Below are positions 51,245 through 59,753 of a stretch of 64,000 nt of DNA, in pieces. The notes beneath the pieces are model-generated. The model did no database searches and was not told where the DNA came from. It saw only the letters and a list, made by a program, of their open reading frames with translations. A program made the translations under genes and the position numbers. How positions within the stretch are numbered: position 1 is the first letter of the stretch; every line of letters starts with the position of its first letter. Source of the DNA: an uncultured delta proteobacterium (GTDB taxonomy: Bacteria; Desulfobacterota; RBG-13-43-22); NCBI GenBank assembly GCA_963790475.1, contig CAWBOS010000013.1, positions 32,001 through 96,000 on the forward strand, in the 5' to 3' direction.

Positions 51245-51619
51245 CTATAAAAGTTTGCCCAAAGGTCCCAAATCCAGATTCAAATCCTCTTCTTCGAGAC
51301 CGAATTCGCGGGAGATCCTTCTGATCTCTTCGGATTGCCGCATCAGAGTGAAGCCGAGGCGTTCGATCTCTTCATCCGTAAGGCCGCCCCCGTCAATCCT
51401 GCGGATGGCCTGCTTCTCCAGTAGTTCGTGCAGTAATTTGACAACGGTCAGAACAAGCTGCGCCAGGCCGTTCTTCTTTTTTTCCTGATCGAGGTTCAGT
51501 CTTCGTGAGGATGCCCCATTGCCACGGAGCGCCATGGTTCGTGCAAAATCGCTTATGGCCGGCGACTCCACCTGTGCCTCTTCCTGAAGCTGGTTGGGCG
51601 AAGCGGTGTCAATCATCAT
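51245..51619 (-). CDS. gvpK: gas vesicle protein GvpK
   Basis: GLAQLVLTVVKLLHELLEKQAIRR...ERLG..L...DLNLDLGPLGKLL. Confidence 0.93.
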   Translation of the reverse strand: MMIDTASPNQLQEEAQVESPAISDFARTMALRGNGASSRRLNLDQEKKKNGLAQLVLTVVKLLHELLEKQAIRRIDGGGLTDEEIERLGFTLMRQSEEIRRISREFGLEEEDLNLDLGPLGKLL

Positions 51620-51810
51620 AATACTATCCCTTCCTCCCGCCGGGCCGTTTCTACGGAGGTCAGGATGACCCGCAGGCCCAGGTAAACGAGATCAATGTCG
51701 GCTACGGAGATCATGACATCACCGACAATCACAGCACCTTTGTTGAGTACCCGATCGAGGGCCTCGCAAAGACTGACGTGTTCCTTTTCTTCCAGGGCAT
51801 AATCAGGCAG
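51616..51810 (-). CDS. GvpA-family minor protein (GvpS/GvpM-like), missing from the ORF track; probable CTG start
   Basis: LPDYALEEKEHVSLCEALDRVLNKGAVIVGDVMISVADIDLVYLGLRVILTSVETARREEGIVL*; stop overlaps the gvpK ATG. Confidence 0.85.
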   Translation of the reverse strand: MPDYALEEKEHVSLCEALDRVLNKGAVIVGDVMISVADIDLVYLGLRVILTSVETARREEGIVL

Positions 51811-53890
51811 AATGCACCTTACTTTCTGTCATTTCGGGTTTGAGCATGAATCCCCTATTTTCAATGAGGTGTACACTTCTCGGCTTCCCGCCGGAGCCTG
51901 CCATCGAATACCTTTGTCGAGGGCGGGTATGGCTACTTTTTGCCAATCCATCCTTATCGGGGGGTTGATAGAGAAGCTGCCCGAGGGCCTCAAGATTTTC
52001 ATTTCCGCGGGTATCGCTCTGCCAATAAACGACTGTCTGGCAGACGCCGGGAAAAGCCAGGGCAAATCGTTCCCGGACAGCAAATTCACGGTGGGAAATG
52101 GCCCGGCAGAGGGGATCGGGACTTTCCAGTGTCGCCATGTTCAAAAATATTCCGGGAACTGAAAGTTCCAGACGCCTGCAGGCGGAGACAAGATCCGTCG
52201 TCTCCGCAAAGGACATCTCGGTGAGAATACTGACCGCGTAGAGGGCCGCCCGGGATGGGTCACGCAGTATCGCCCGCAGACGTTTCAGATCCTTGGATAG
52301 CCTGACCAGTCGCCCGGAGATCCCCGGGAATCGAAAGATATTCCGGTACTTCAGGATGAGGTTGAAAAAGGCCTTCAACCATCCCTCGATGATCTCCGGC
52401 AATTCCAACAGCCTGATCAGGTGACCTGTCGGCGCCGCATCGAGAACCAGGAGGTCGTAGCCCCCCGGGGTCAGGAAATCCATCACTGCGGCCAGGGCCA
52501 TCAGTTCGTCGATCCCCGGGGGTGAAAGGTCCATAATCCGTTCCATGACCTCACGATCAAAGGTCAGATCGAGGTTCGGCATCAACTGGGAAAGAAATTG
52601 CGCCAGTTCATTCCGGTATTGATTTTTCAGGGATTCAAAATCAGCTTTGGAATCCATTTCCATGGCCCAGAGCCCCGGTGCCGCCTGCTTCGGCTGGGGA
52701 CCGAGGGGGATGTTCAGACAATCGGCCAGGGAATGAGCCGGATCGGCCGAAAAAAGCAGAATCCTTTTTCCCGAATAGGTCTTCGCCAGACGCTGGGCCG
52801 TGGCGCAGGCCAGGGTGGTCTTACCAACCCCTCCTTTACCCGCGAAGACGAGCATTGCCGTATCCGGCGATGGCAGGGGGATCGGGCCGGTCACGCGAGG
52901 GGTTACCGGAGGCAGGAATGGCCGGCCCTCCACGGGGGATGGCGCGACTTCCATCAAACTTTCCCAGAAAGACCGAAGCGATTCCCGGCCTCTGATTTCC
53001 TCGGGATACATGGGAATTCCCCAGAGATGGAGATTGGAAAAAACAGGCTCGTTGGACAGGCGGGACAATTCCTGCAACTGGCGGGATCGGATATGACGGC
53101 AGAGCAAACAAGTATTTTCCGGATAAAGACGGTTGATGACTACATCCGCGACGCCAATACTGAGATGCTGTAATTCCCGGATCAGATCCAGGGTTTCCTC
53201 GATACACAAGGCCTCAGCCAGCATGACCGGGACAAACCGGCAACGTTGATGATCTTTGAGGAGTTTTTCCACCTCCTTGACGGAGGCGGCCAGTCCTTCG
53301 ATGAAGTGATCGAGGTCGTCTCGCTGATAGGACCCCAGGAAGAGCATCTTCATATAACGGTGTTTGGCTAAGAGGGCATCAAGGGCCTCCAGCCAGTTCC
53401 GGATCAGGGAGGGCATCTCCATGAGGCGCAGGGTGTGTCCTGTCGGCGCCGTATCCATAATGATTCGGTCATAAGTCCCTTGCTTGACCCAGCGGCCGAT
53501 CTCCAGGAAGGCAATGAGTTCATCCATTCCGGGAAGGGAAAGTTCCAGAAAACGGTTGATGTCTTCCTTATCCAGGAAGGTCCCCCGGGAGGCGATTTCC
53601 ATGAGCCGGTGTTTATTTTTCTCTTGAAAGGCTTTGAGATAGGCCTGGGCGTCCAATTCCAGAACTGCCATATTGGGAGGAGGAGTAGCCCCGGCGAAGC
53701 TGTCTTGAAGGGAATGGGCCGGATCGGTGGAGACCAGGAGCAAGGATCTTTGAGGATTTCGGAGGGCGAATTCAAAAGCCGTCGCCGCCGAGGCCGTTGT
53801 TTTTCCCACGCCGCCCTTGCCCCCGAACATTAGGAACTGCCTGTTTACCTCGGTCAAAAAACCCGGTTTCCCTGCAGCAGCGCTCATCAA
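51803..53890 (-). CDS. ArsA/Get3-family ATPase with two ATPase domains
   Basis: Two GKGGVGKTT, S(T/A)DPAHSL and D(T/A)APTGH motifs. Confidence 0.9.
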   Translation of the reverse strand: MMSAAAGKPGFLTEVNRQFLMFGGKGGVGKTTASAATAFEFALRNPQRSLLLVSTDPAHSLQDSFAGATPPPNMAVLELDAQAYLKAFQEKNKHRLMEIASRGTFLDKEDINRFLELSLPGMDELIAFLEIGRWVKQGTYDRIIMDTAPTGHTLRLMEMPSLIRNWLEALDALLAKHRYMKMLFLGSYQRDDLDHFIEGLAASVKEVEKLLKDHQRCRFVPVMLAEALCIEETLDLIRELQHLSIGVADVVINRLYPENTCLLCRHIRSRQLQELSRLSNEPVFSNLHLWGIPMYPEEIRGRESLRSFWESLMEVAPSPVEGRPFLPPVTPRVTGPIPLPSPDTAMLVFAGKGGVGKTTLACATAQRLAKTYSGKRILLFSADPAHSLADCLNIPLGPQPKQAAPGLWAMEMDSKADFESLKNQYRNELAQFLSQLMPNLDLTFDREVMERIMDLSPPGIDELMALAAVMDFLTPGGYDLLVLDAAPTGHLIRLLELPEIIEGWLKAFFNLILKYRNIFRFPGISGRLVRLSKDLKRLRAILRDPSRAALYAVSILTEMSFAETTDLVSACRRLELSVPGIFLNMATLESPDPLCRAISHREFAVRERFALAFPGVCQTVVYWQSDTRGNENLEALGQLLYQPPDKDGLAKSSHTRPRQRYSMAGSGGKPRSVHLIENRGFMLKPEMTESKVHSA

Positions 53891-53952
53891 TCATTAACCC
53901 CCCGGTGAGAATCATTCAATATCCTAAAAGGTCATTCATTAAAATTTAACTT

Positions 53953-54231
53953 TTAATGGGTCACCACACTCTCATCTTCGTTGTCCTCTTCTTCCTCATT
54001 GCCCTCCCGCTCCTTGATGGCGTCGAGACGGTCGAGAAGCACTTTTTCCGCGGCGTCAAATTCCTTTTCGGTCATCTTTCCCGTTTCCAGCATCATGTAG
54101 AGTTCGCTGAGCCTGGTTGTGATGTCCTCTGCCTCGTTAGCCTGTTCTTCCTCGGCGGCGTCACGGATTTCCTTAAAGATCCAGAAAAGTCCCTTGACGG
54201 GAGAGATCAAGATGTCGTCTATGATGAACAT
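53953..54231 (-). CDS. gvpG: gas vesicle protein GvpG
   Basis: IDDILISPVKGLFWIF..I...L..LYMMLETG..TE.EF...E..LLDRL. Confidence 0.9.
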   Translation of the reverse strand: MFIIDDILISPVKGLFWIFKEIRDAAEEEQANEAEDITTRLSELYMMLETGKMTEKEFDAAEKVLLDRLDAIKEREGNEEEEDNEDESVVTH

Positions 54232-54262
54232 AAGGTCCTCTCTTCGACGGCCGGGCCAAGGC

Positions 54263-55024
54263 TCACAACATCAGGTCCACGTCCACGAAGTGGTGAGGGG
54301 CCCAGGGGCCGTTGAAATCGAAGGAAAAATTATTGTCAAAGCCACCTGCCGCCTTGAATATGGCCGTCTCGAAGGCCTTATCTACCACTTCGCGCGGCAC
54401 CAGACAGGCCAGGTTCATGACCTCTTGTTCGTTCCGGGAGATGTTCCTCTTGATTTCCGCACAGCAAGAAGACAGGATCGACTCGACCCTTTCCGTGTGT
54501 TCTTCACGGTCTTCCTTCAGGGATCTGTCGAACAGACGCCCGACTTCGATCTTGTCTTCCTGGGTCGGGACACGATTGCTGCCTAAGAACTGGTCCCTGG
54601 CCGCCCTGATCTCAGAATGGGTGTTAACGAAATACTCAAAAATATTCGGCACGTCCCAGGTCACCCTCAACCCCATCTCCACCTTGCCATGCACACGGTG
54701 AAGCTGTTCGGCGAATGGTTTCCGGTTCAGGGACAAGATCCGTTTGATCTCCTTGGCCCCCTCGGCAATGACGCCGAAAGCGATGGGCAAGGGGGTTTCA
54801 TCGGCCATGAGGCGTTTCAAAACGGCCTGGTGGGCCGCGATATGGCGGCGTTCCGGTCGGATTTTCCCGTTACAGAAATTACTGACTACCGCGCCGACCT
54901 GGTTATCGGCCAGGAGATAAACCCGTTCCCCGTCGATGCCGATATCGCCGTACTCCCGGTCTCCTGCCGCCGGAATGACGGCATAAAGATATTTTCCCTC
55001 TTTTCCTCCTGCTTTACTGACCAT
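54263..55024 (-). CDS. gvpF: gas vesicle protein GvpF/GvpL
   Basis: YLYAVI, AHQAVL, LPIAFG, GKVEMGL, GPWAPHHFV. Confidence 0.88.
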   Translation of the reverse strand: MVSKAGGKEGKYLYAVIPAAGDREYGDIGIDGERVYLLADNQVGAVVSNFCNGKIRPERRHIAAHQAVLKRLMADETPLPIAFGVIAEGAKEIKRILSLNRKPFAEQLHRVHGKVEMGLRVTWDVPNIFEYFVNTHSEIRAARDQFLGSNRVPTQEDKIEVGRLFDRSLKEDREEHTERVESILSSCCAEIKRNISRNEQEVMNLACLVPREVVDKAFETAIFKAAGGFDNNFSFDFNGPWAPHHFVDVDLML

Positions 55025-55140
55025 AGGACTGTCTCCCCTTATGCTTCATTCTTTGCTGTCATTTCTGCGAAAGCTCATTCCGGGCTTGCACCAAGCCTGA
55101 CCTCCAATGCCCTTGTCGGCGGCCTGAATGACAATCAGGG

Positions 55141-55323
55141 TTATAGTTCGGCGGTGGCTCGACCCGTCACCATCAAAAATTGTAAAGACTTAATATGGCC
55201 TTCTTTCACATTGATCGCCAACAGGGCGCCGCAGGTATAGCACTTGACCTGCCCCTCATAATCGCTGTAGGCCTCATCATCAAGGTCAACACTGAAACCG
55301 CAGGATGTACAGTTAATCTTCAT
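55141..55323 (-). CDS. small zinc-ribbon protein
   Basis: CTSCG...CYTCG in 60 aa; RBS aggag. Confidence 0.65.
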   Translation of the reverse strand: MKINCTSCGFSVDLDDEAYSDYEGQVKCYTCGALLAINVKEGHIKSLQFLMVTGRATAEL

Positions 55324-55635
55324 GGCTTCTTATCTCCTAATTCAATTGGCATTACTTCTCATGCCTGGCCCGTTGTCGATTAAGCCAGGCCAAACGGAAT
55401 TGTCGATTGCCCAGGGCAATGATTTCGTGCCCGACCCGCCGCGCCTCCCCGGTGCCAAGGAAAAATCCGGTATGAGTCCGGCAGGCCCGGTGACCCGGCA
55501 GGCAGCGGTTGGTCTTAATGTGGGATGAATCAAAAATGGTAAGCATACGGTCCCTTTCCTTACTACGAACATGTCATTCCGGATTCGACTAAGCATGCCC
55601 CGTACTTGATACGGGGGAATTCAGTCCTTTTTAGT

Positions 55636-55959
55636 TCAATATCTGATCTTGAACGGCCCTGTGGTTGTCCGGGGTGCCGCCGTGGTCAGAGGCTTCTCAT
55701 GGCCCGGCATTCGCTGGCGCCGAATCCCCTTGGCTTCCAGTAAGGTAATGATTTTTTGCCTTTCCGTTTCGATGTCCCGGAAGCGCTGATCAATATGATC
55801 AACCTTTTCCAGGGCGCTCTGTTTCTCCTTCCCCCGACGGAACTTTTCCATCTCGAGGATACTGAGCTTCATATAGGCCTTGTAAGGGATCGTACCTTCA
55901 TCCGCACGGCCGGAGAGCGTCCTGATATCCTGCACACCTTTCATAATCCTTTTGGGCAT
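55636..55959 (-). CDS. gas vesicle cluster protein (GvpV-like by position)
   Basis: Basic coiled-coil protein overlapping the gvpN end. Confidence 0.6.
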   Translation of the reverse strand: MPKRIMKGVQDIRTLSGRADEGTIPYKAYMKLSILEMEKFRRGKEKQSALEKVDHIDQRFRDIETERQKIITLLEAKGIRRQRMPGHEKPLTTAAPRTTTGPFKIRY

Positions 55960-56984
55960 CGGCGTTCCTCTTTACCTTTCTCCTTGGCGGGCTTTGCGGG
56001 CCCACAGAACTTGTGGATCACCTCTTCCACCTTCTCCATCATGACCGGCTGACCGCCACGGGTGACCTTGGCGGTATCCGTGGCCAGGACATCCCGGCAG
56101 ATCATCTGAAAAAATGTATCATCCCCCCGGGCACGCCGGTTCTGAGAAGCAAGGATCCGGCCGATGGCGATCCCGGCCCGGATGGTGGGTCGGTTATTAT
56201 TGACCCCGAAATTCCTCAATTCCCTGACGATATCCACGATCCGTTCGACATCTTCCCGGGGGAGTCCTGATTTCTTCATAACGATCATGAGCTCCGTATC
56301 CCGGTCATAGTGCTCTAACTGGATGGTAATCAGGCGGTCCATCAGGGCATCCTGGGTCTTGTGGACCCCGGCGTATTCTTCGGGGTTGGAGGTAAAGATC
56401 GCCCGGAACTCGGGATGCACGGCCATGTACCCCTCTCCGGAGCGGCGCAGTTTCGGCAGGTTCAGGATCCCCTCGGAAAGGACACTCAACAGGGGGTTGT
56501 TCGCTTCCGGGCGGGAACGGTTGAATTCATCATAGATGAGGATCTCCCCGATCTGGCAAGCTGTGGTCAACCGGTTGTCCACCCAAAGGCTTTTCATTTC
56601 TTCCTCCGTCTTCAGGACCGAGTGGATATAATTGTCGACCAGTTTGTTTTTTCTATATCCGGCGTCCTTTCCGACGAGGTCGGAACTGCCGAATTCATCA
56701 TCCCCATGGATCAGGGTGACGGGACGTCCCAGTTGGGAGGCCACATGAAAGGCCAGGGTCGTCTTCCCCGTTCCCGCCACACCGGAAAAATGGACGGGAT
56801 ACCCGGCGACCAGATAGGCTAAGGCCCGCTGGGTGACTTGGTCCACATAGGCGGAAGAAACAAAGGAGTCACCGGCCTCGGGCTGAATGCTGTCTTCCCC
56901 GACCGATACACGCACCGTGGACGTGCTGACTGCTCTTAAAGCATTTTTACTCATGAACTTCATTCTCCTTCCTGATTTGATCAA
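55941..56984 (-). CDS. gvpN: gas vesicle AAA+ ATPase GvpN
   Basis: GVAGTGKTTLA, YDEFNRSRPEANN, FTSNPEEYAGVHKTQDALMDR. Confidence 0.95.
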   Translation of the reverse strand: MIKSGRRMKFMSKNALRAVSTSTVRVSVGEDSIQPEAGDSFVSSAYVDQVTQRALAYLVAGYPVHFSGVAGTGKTTLAFHVASQLGRPVTLIHGDDEFGSSDLVGKDAGYRKNKLVDNYIHSVLKTEEEMKSLWVDNRLTTACQIGEILIYDEFNRSRPEANNPLLSVLSEGILNLPKLRRSGEGYMAVHPEFRAIFTSNPEEYAGVHKTQDALMDRLITIQLEHYDRDTELMIVMKKSGLPREDVERIVDIVRELRNFGVNNNRPTIRAGIAIGRILASQNRRARGDDTFFQMICRDVLATDTAKVTRGGQPVMMEKVEEVIHKFCGPAKPAKEKGKEERRCPKGL

Positions 56985-57339
56985 TAATCCATCCGGTTCC
57001 CCGGCACTTCAGACAAGCCATGGCCGGGGCCGAGGCATCATCGCCCGTTCCCTGGCACAAGGGGCACGGGAGGGTAGGCACTGAGGGCCGGGAGACAACA
57101 CCCTTCCCGCCGCAGGTGGTGCAGGTAAGGGTCTTTATAGCCCCCGAGCCTTGGCAATGGGCGCAAAGGGCTACCGGCTCATGGACCCGGATCTTGCCGC
57201 TTCCCCCACAGACGCAACAGGCGGAAAGGGAAGACATGATATCAAAAGGATCTCGCCCCCGGCCTCGGCAAAAGGCGCAGATCAGTTCCTCGTATTCTAC
57301 TCGATCTTTTCCAGAAGTAATGTCTTTCATCGAAATCAT
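56947..57339 (-). CDS. DnaJ-type zinc finger (CxxCxGxG repeat) protein
   Basis: Six CxxCxGxG motifs, no J domain. Confidence 0.8.
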   Translation of the reverse strand: MISMKDITSGKDRVEYEELICAFCRGRGRDPFDIMSSLSACCVCGGSGKIRVHEPVALCAHCQGSGAIKTLTCTTCGGKGVVSRPSVPTLPCPLCQGTGDDASAPAMACLKCRGTGWIIDQIRKENEVHE

Positions 57340-57427
57340 TTATTTCTTTCTTTGGCGGATTTTGGATCCGGTTTTTTCGGTTTTCGCCTGCATCCAATCC
57401 TTATTTTGGTTTACCCTGACCATAAGC

Positions 57428-57991
57428 TCAGGAAAGGTCTACATCACGGGTCTTCTGAATATGGGAATTCTTGCTTTCCTTGAATTTTAAAGTGCTTTCC
57501 TGGAAAATTTTCCGAGTTTTTTCCCCTTCTTTCTTCCTTTCCTTCGGCGGCATGGTTGCTAGGCCTTCCGTTACCTTTTTCGATCGGGTTTCGCCGGATT
57601 TCTTGAAAGAAGAGCTCCTCCAGGCCAGATGAGCCCCGGTCAGGTCATCAGCCGTACCTTTCCTCAAATCGTCTACCTGTGTTCTCAGGTCCAAAAGAAA
57701 CCTTCCCCGGTTCTCCCTGCCCATCCGGGCCCCGTCTTCCCGGATCTTGCAAAAATCCTCCAGCATGGTATCTACTTCTCGGCTCATACTGAAAACAAAA
57801 GTTTTACGTTCCCCCTTGGCCTTTGTCGCTCTCTTAATGTGGTCGGCTGCAAAATTGGATATCATCGTCGCGACCGTGTCGGTCAGATGATTAGCCCCCT
57901 GGGCCAAGTCTTGCACCAGCACCGCTCGCGAACTCCGCAGGATTTCGATTTCTCCACGCAAACGCCTCAGGTCATCGGTCAGTTTGCCCAT
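57428..57991 (-). CDS. GvpC-like helical protein (long paralog)
   Basis: MGKLTDD..RLRGE N-terminus shared with 58349-58630; directly downstream of gvpA. Confidence 0.55.
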   Translation of the reverse strand: MGKLTDDLRRLRGEIEILRSSRAVLVQDLAQGANHLTDTVATMISNFAADHIKRATKAKGERKTFVFSMSREVDTMLEDFCKIREDGARMGRENRGRFLLDLRTQVDDLRKGTADDLTGAHLAWRSSSFKKSGETRSKKVTEGLATMPPKERKKEGEKTRKIFQESTLKFKESKNSHIQKTRDVDLS

Positions 57992-58089
57992 ATTGATTCT
58001 CCTTCCTTGATCTTTTTCTGCAACCAGGGACCCCTACAAGGCGGGAGCCCCAAAAAAGCCCCCGCCCTATGGGAATCCTTCTTTCAGTC

Positions 58090-58308
58090 TTAAGCCGGAG
58101 TGGCGGCACTGGCCGTCAACCCAATAGCCTCGGCATATTTAAGATAAGTCTCGACCGAAGCAATCACTACCCTCGCCTCGATGGAAAGCAGCTCAATACC
58201 AACCAGAGATACCTTCACCCAGGCATCGATCACGATACCCTTGTCCAGTATACGGTCAACAACTTCGGCCAAACTGGATGAGTCCGTTGATTTCTGAACC
58301 TTAGCCAT
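58090..58308 (-). CDS. gvpA: major gas vesicle structural protein GvpA (copy 2)
   Basis: [54 protein letters not shown]. Confidence 0.98.
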   Translation of the reverse strand: MAKVQKSTDSSSLAEVVDRILDKGIVIDAWVKVSLVGIELLSIEARVVIASVETYLKYAEAIGLTASAATPA

Positions 58309-58348
58309 AATTTCCTCCTTTTGATCTGTTTATCTTTTTATTTTTATT

Positions 58349-58630
58349 TTAAATGAACCAGGCACGACGAGCGCCCTCAAGATCTTTGGCAGTCTCTTTT
58401 CTTATCCTGCCGACCTTCTTCTCGATACCCGAAACAAACGAAGTCAGCTCTCTCCTGGTTTTTTTGGCCATTGCGGTGTGGGCTTTGGCGAAAGAAGCCT
58501 GCATAGCCGAAACCTCAGTGGCCAGTTCCTTGGCCCCGCTCGCCAGTCCCTGCATCAACATACCCCGATCAGCCCGCAGGGCGTCGACCTCCCCGCGTAA
58601 ACGGGTCATGTCATCGGTCAGTTTTCCCAT
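58349..58630 (-). CDS. GvpC-like helical protein (short paralog)
   Basis: Ala/Lys-rich 93-aa protein, paralog of 57428-57991. Confidence 0.55.
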   Translation of the reverse strand: MGKLTDDMTRLRGEVDALRADRGMLMQGLASGAKELATEVSAMQASFAKAHTAMAKKTRRELTSFVSGIEKKVGRIRKETAKDLEGARRAWFI

Positions 58631-58676
58631 AATGATTTTCCTTCCTTTGATCTTTTCCTGAAACCAGGGACCCCTA

Positions 58677-58708
58677 AAAAGCGGGGGTCTAAAAAAACCC
58701 CCGCCTTA
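58677..58708 (-). terminator. stem-loop after gvpA (partial terminator or mRNA stabiliser); second copy at 58038-58068
   Basis: Minus strand aaggcggggg-tttttttaga-cccccgcttttt. Confidence 0.6.
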
Positions 58709-58728
58709 CGGGAATCCTTCTTTCAGTC

Positions 58729-58947
58729 TTAGGCCGGGGTGGCGGCACTGGCCGTCAACCCAATTGCCTCGGCATACTTGAGATAGGTCTCGACCGAAGC
58801 AATCACTACCCTTGCCTCGATGGAAAGCAGCTCAATACCAACCAGAGATACCTTCACCCAAGCATCGATCACAATACCCTTGTCCAGTATACGGTCAACA
58901 ACTTCGGCCAAACTGGATGAGTCCGTCGATTTCTGAACCTTAGCCAT
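58729..58947 (-). CDS. gvpA: major gas vesicle structural protein GvpA (copy 1)
   Basis: Protein identical to 58090-58308. Confidence 0.98.
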   Translation of the reverse strand: MAKVQKSTDSSSLAEVVDRILDKGIVIDAWVKVSLVGIELLSIEARVVIASVETYLKYAEAIGLTASAATPA

Positions 58948-59015
58948 AATTTCCTCCTTTTGATGTGGTTATGATTTTACTGAAAAACAAGTGCAGGCCT
59001 GCTGACCTCCATTAG

Positions 59016-59032
59016 AGCAAGACACATGCCAA
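59016..59032 (-). promoter_or_regulatory. sigma54 (-24/-12) promoter of gvpA
   Basis: Minus strand TTGGCATGTGTCTTGCT matches TGGCAC-N5-TTGC(A/T), about 70 bp upstream of gvpA. Confidence 0.8.
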
Positions 59033-59372
59033 CCCTTTGGGAACCAGATCTGTCATGACCGGTCTGGTTCACCTTTAGTCGTTATTCCAGTGCAGGCAGG
59101 AACGTAGAGCCTGTGAAACTACATGAAAAACTGGATTCCCTTTTTTACTGGAATGACAGAAAATTATTTTTAAAATCTTTTAAAAATGGACCGATAGGAT
59201 AAAAAGGGGCTGTATCTGTGCTCCTTCGCCGCTGGTTATGGAGGTGTGGCCATGGAATTGATTCCAGTCTTGATAGGCGGGCAATACCGAATCAAACCCA
59301 TATGGCAATAACCTGTAAACCGCAACAGGTTTCATGTTAGAGATCAATTATCAGATAATCCAGGTTAAGATT

Positions 59373-59753
59373 CTAATACGAAGCGTGGAGATCAATGACC
59401 CGTTTGATTTCCTCGTGAGCGAAAGGCTTGCTGATAAAGGCGGCTACCAGTCCTGATTGGATGGCCTCTTCGATGGTTATGTCATCCCGGTAAAAGTAGG
59501 CCGAAACAATGATAATGGGCAGGCAGGGATGGGTTCTCCGGATCTGCCGGGCCAGTTCGATCCCATCCAGGTCCGGCAGTTTGGCGTCAAAAAAGGCCAT
59601 GCAAAATTTATATCGATCCGCCAAGGTCATGGCTTCCCCGGCGCAGAGGGCCTTCCGGCAGGCAAAACCGTTTTTCTTTAAAATATTTTCGAAGACCCAG
59701 CAGATTTCAGGTTCGTCATCGACAATCAGAACCAGACGGTTTTCATGGCTCAT
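59373..59753 (-). CDS. single-domain response regulator (GvrC-like)
   Basis: VLIVDDE, FFDAKLPD, FISKPF. Confidence 0.88.
   Translation of the reverse strand: MSHENRLVLIVDDEPEICWVFENILKKNGFACRKALCAGEAMTLADRYKFCMAFFDAKLPDLDGIELARQIRRTHPCLPIIIVSAYFYRDDITIEEAIQSGLVAAFISKPFAHEEIKRVIDLHASY

Noticed and set aside
51803-53890. Arsenic resistance operon
   Set aside because: No arsB/acr3, arsC, arsD or arsR nearby, and the gene is embedded in the gvp operon.
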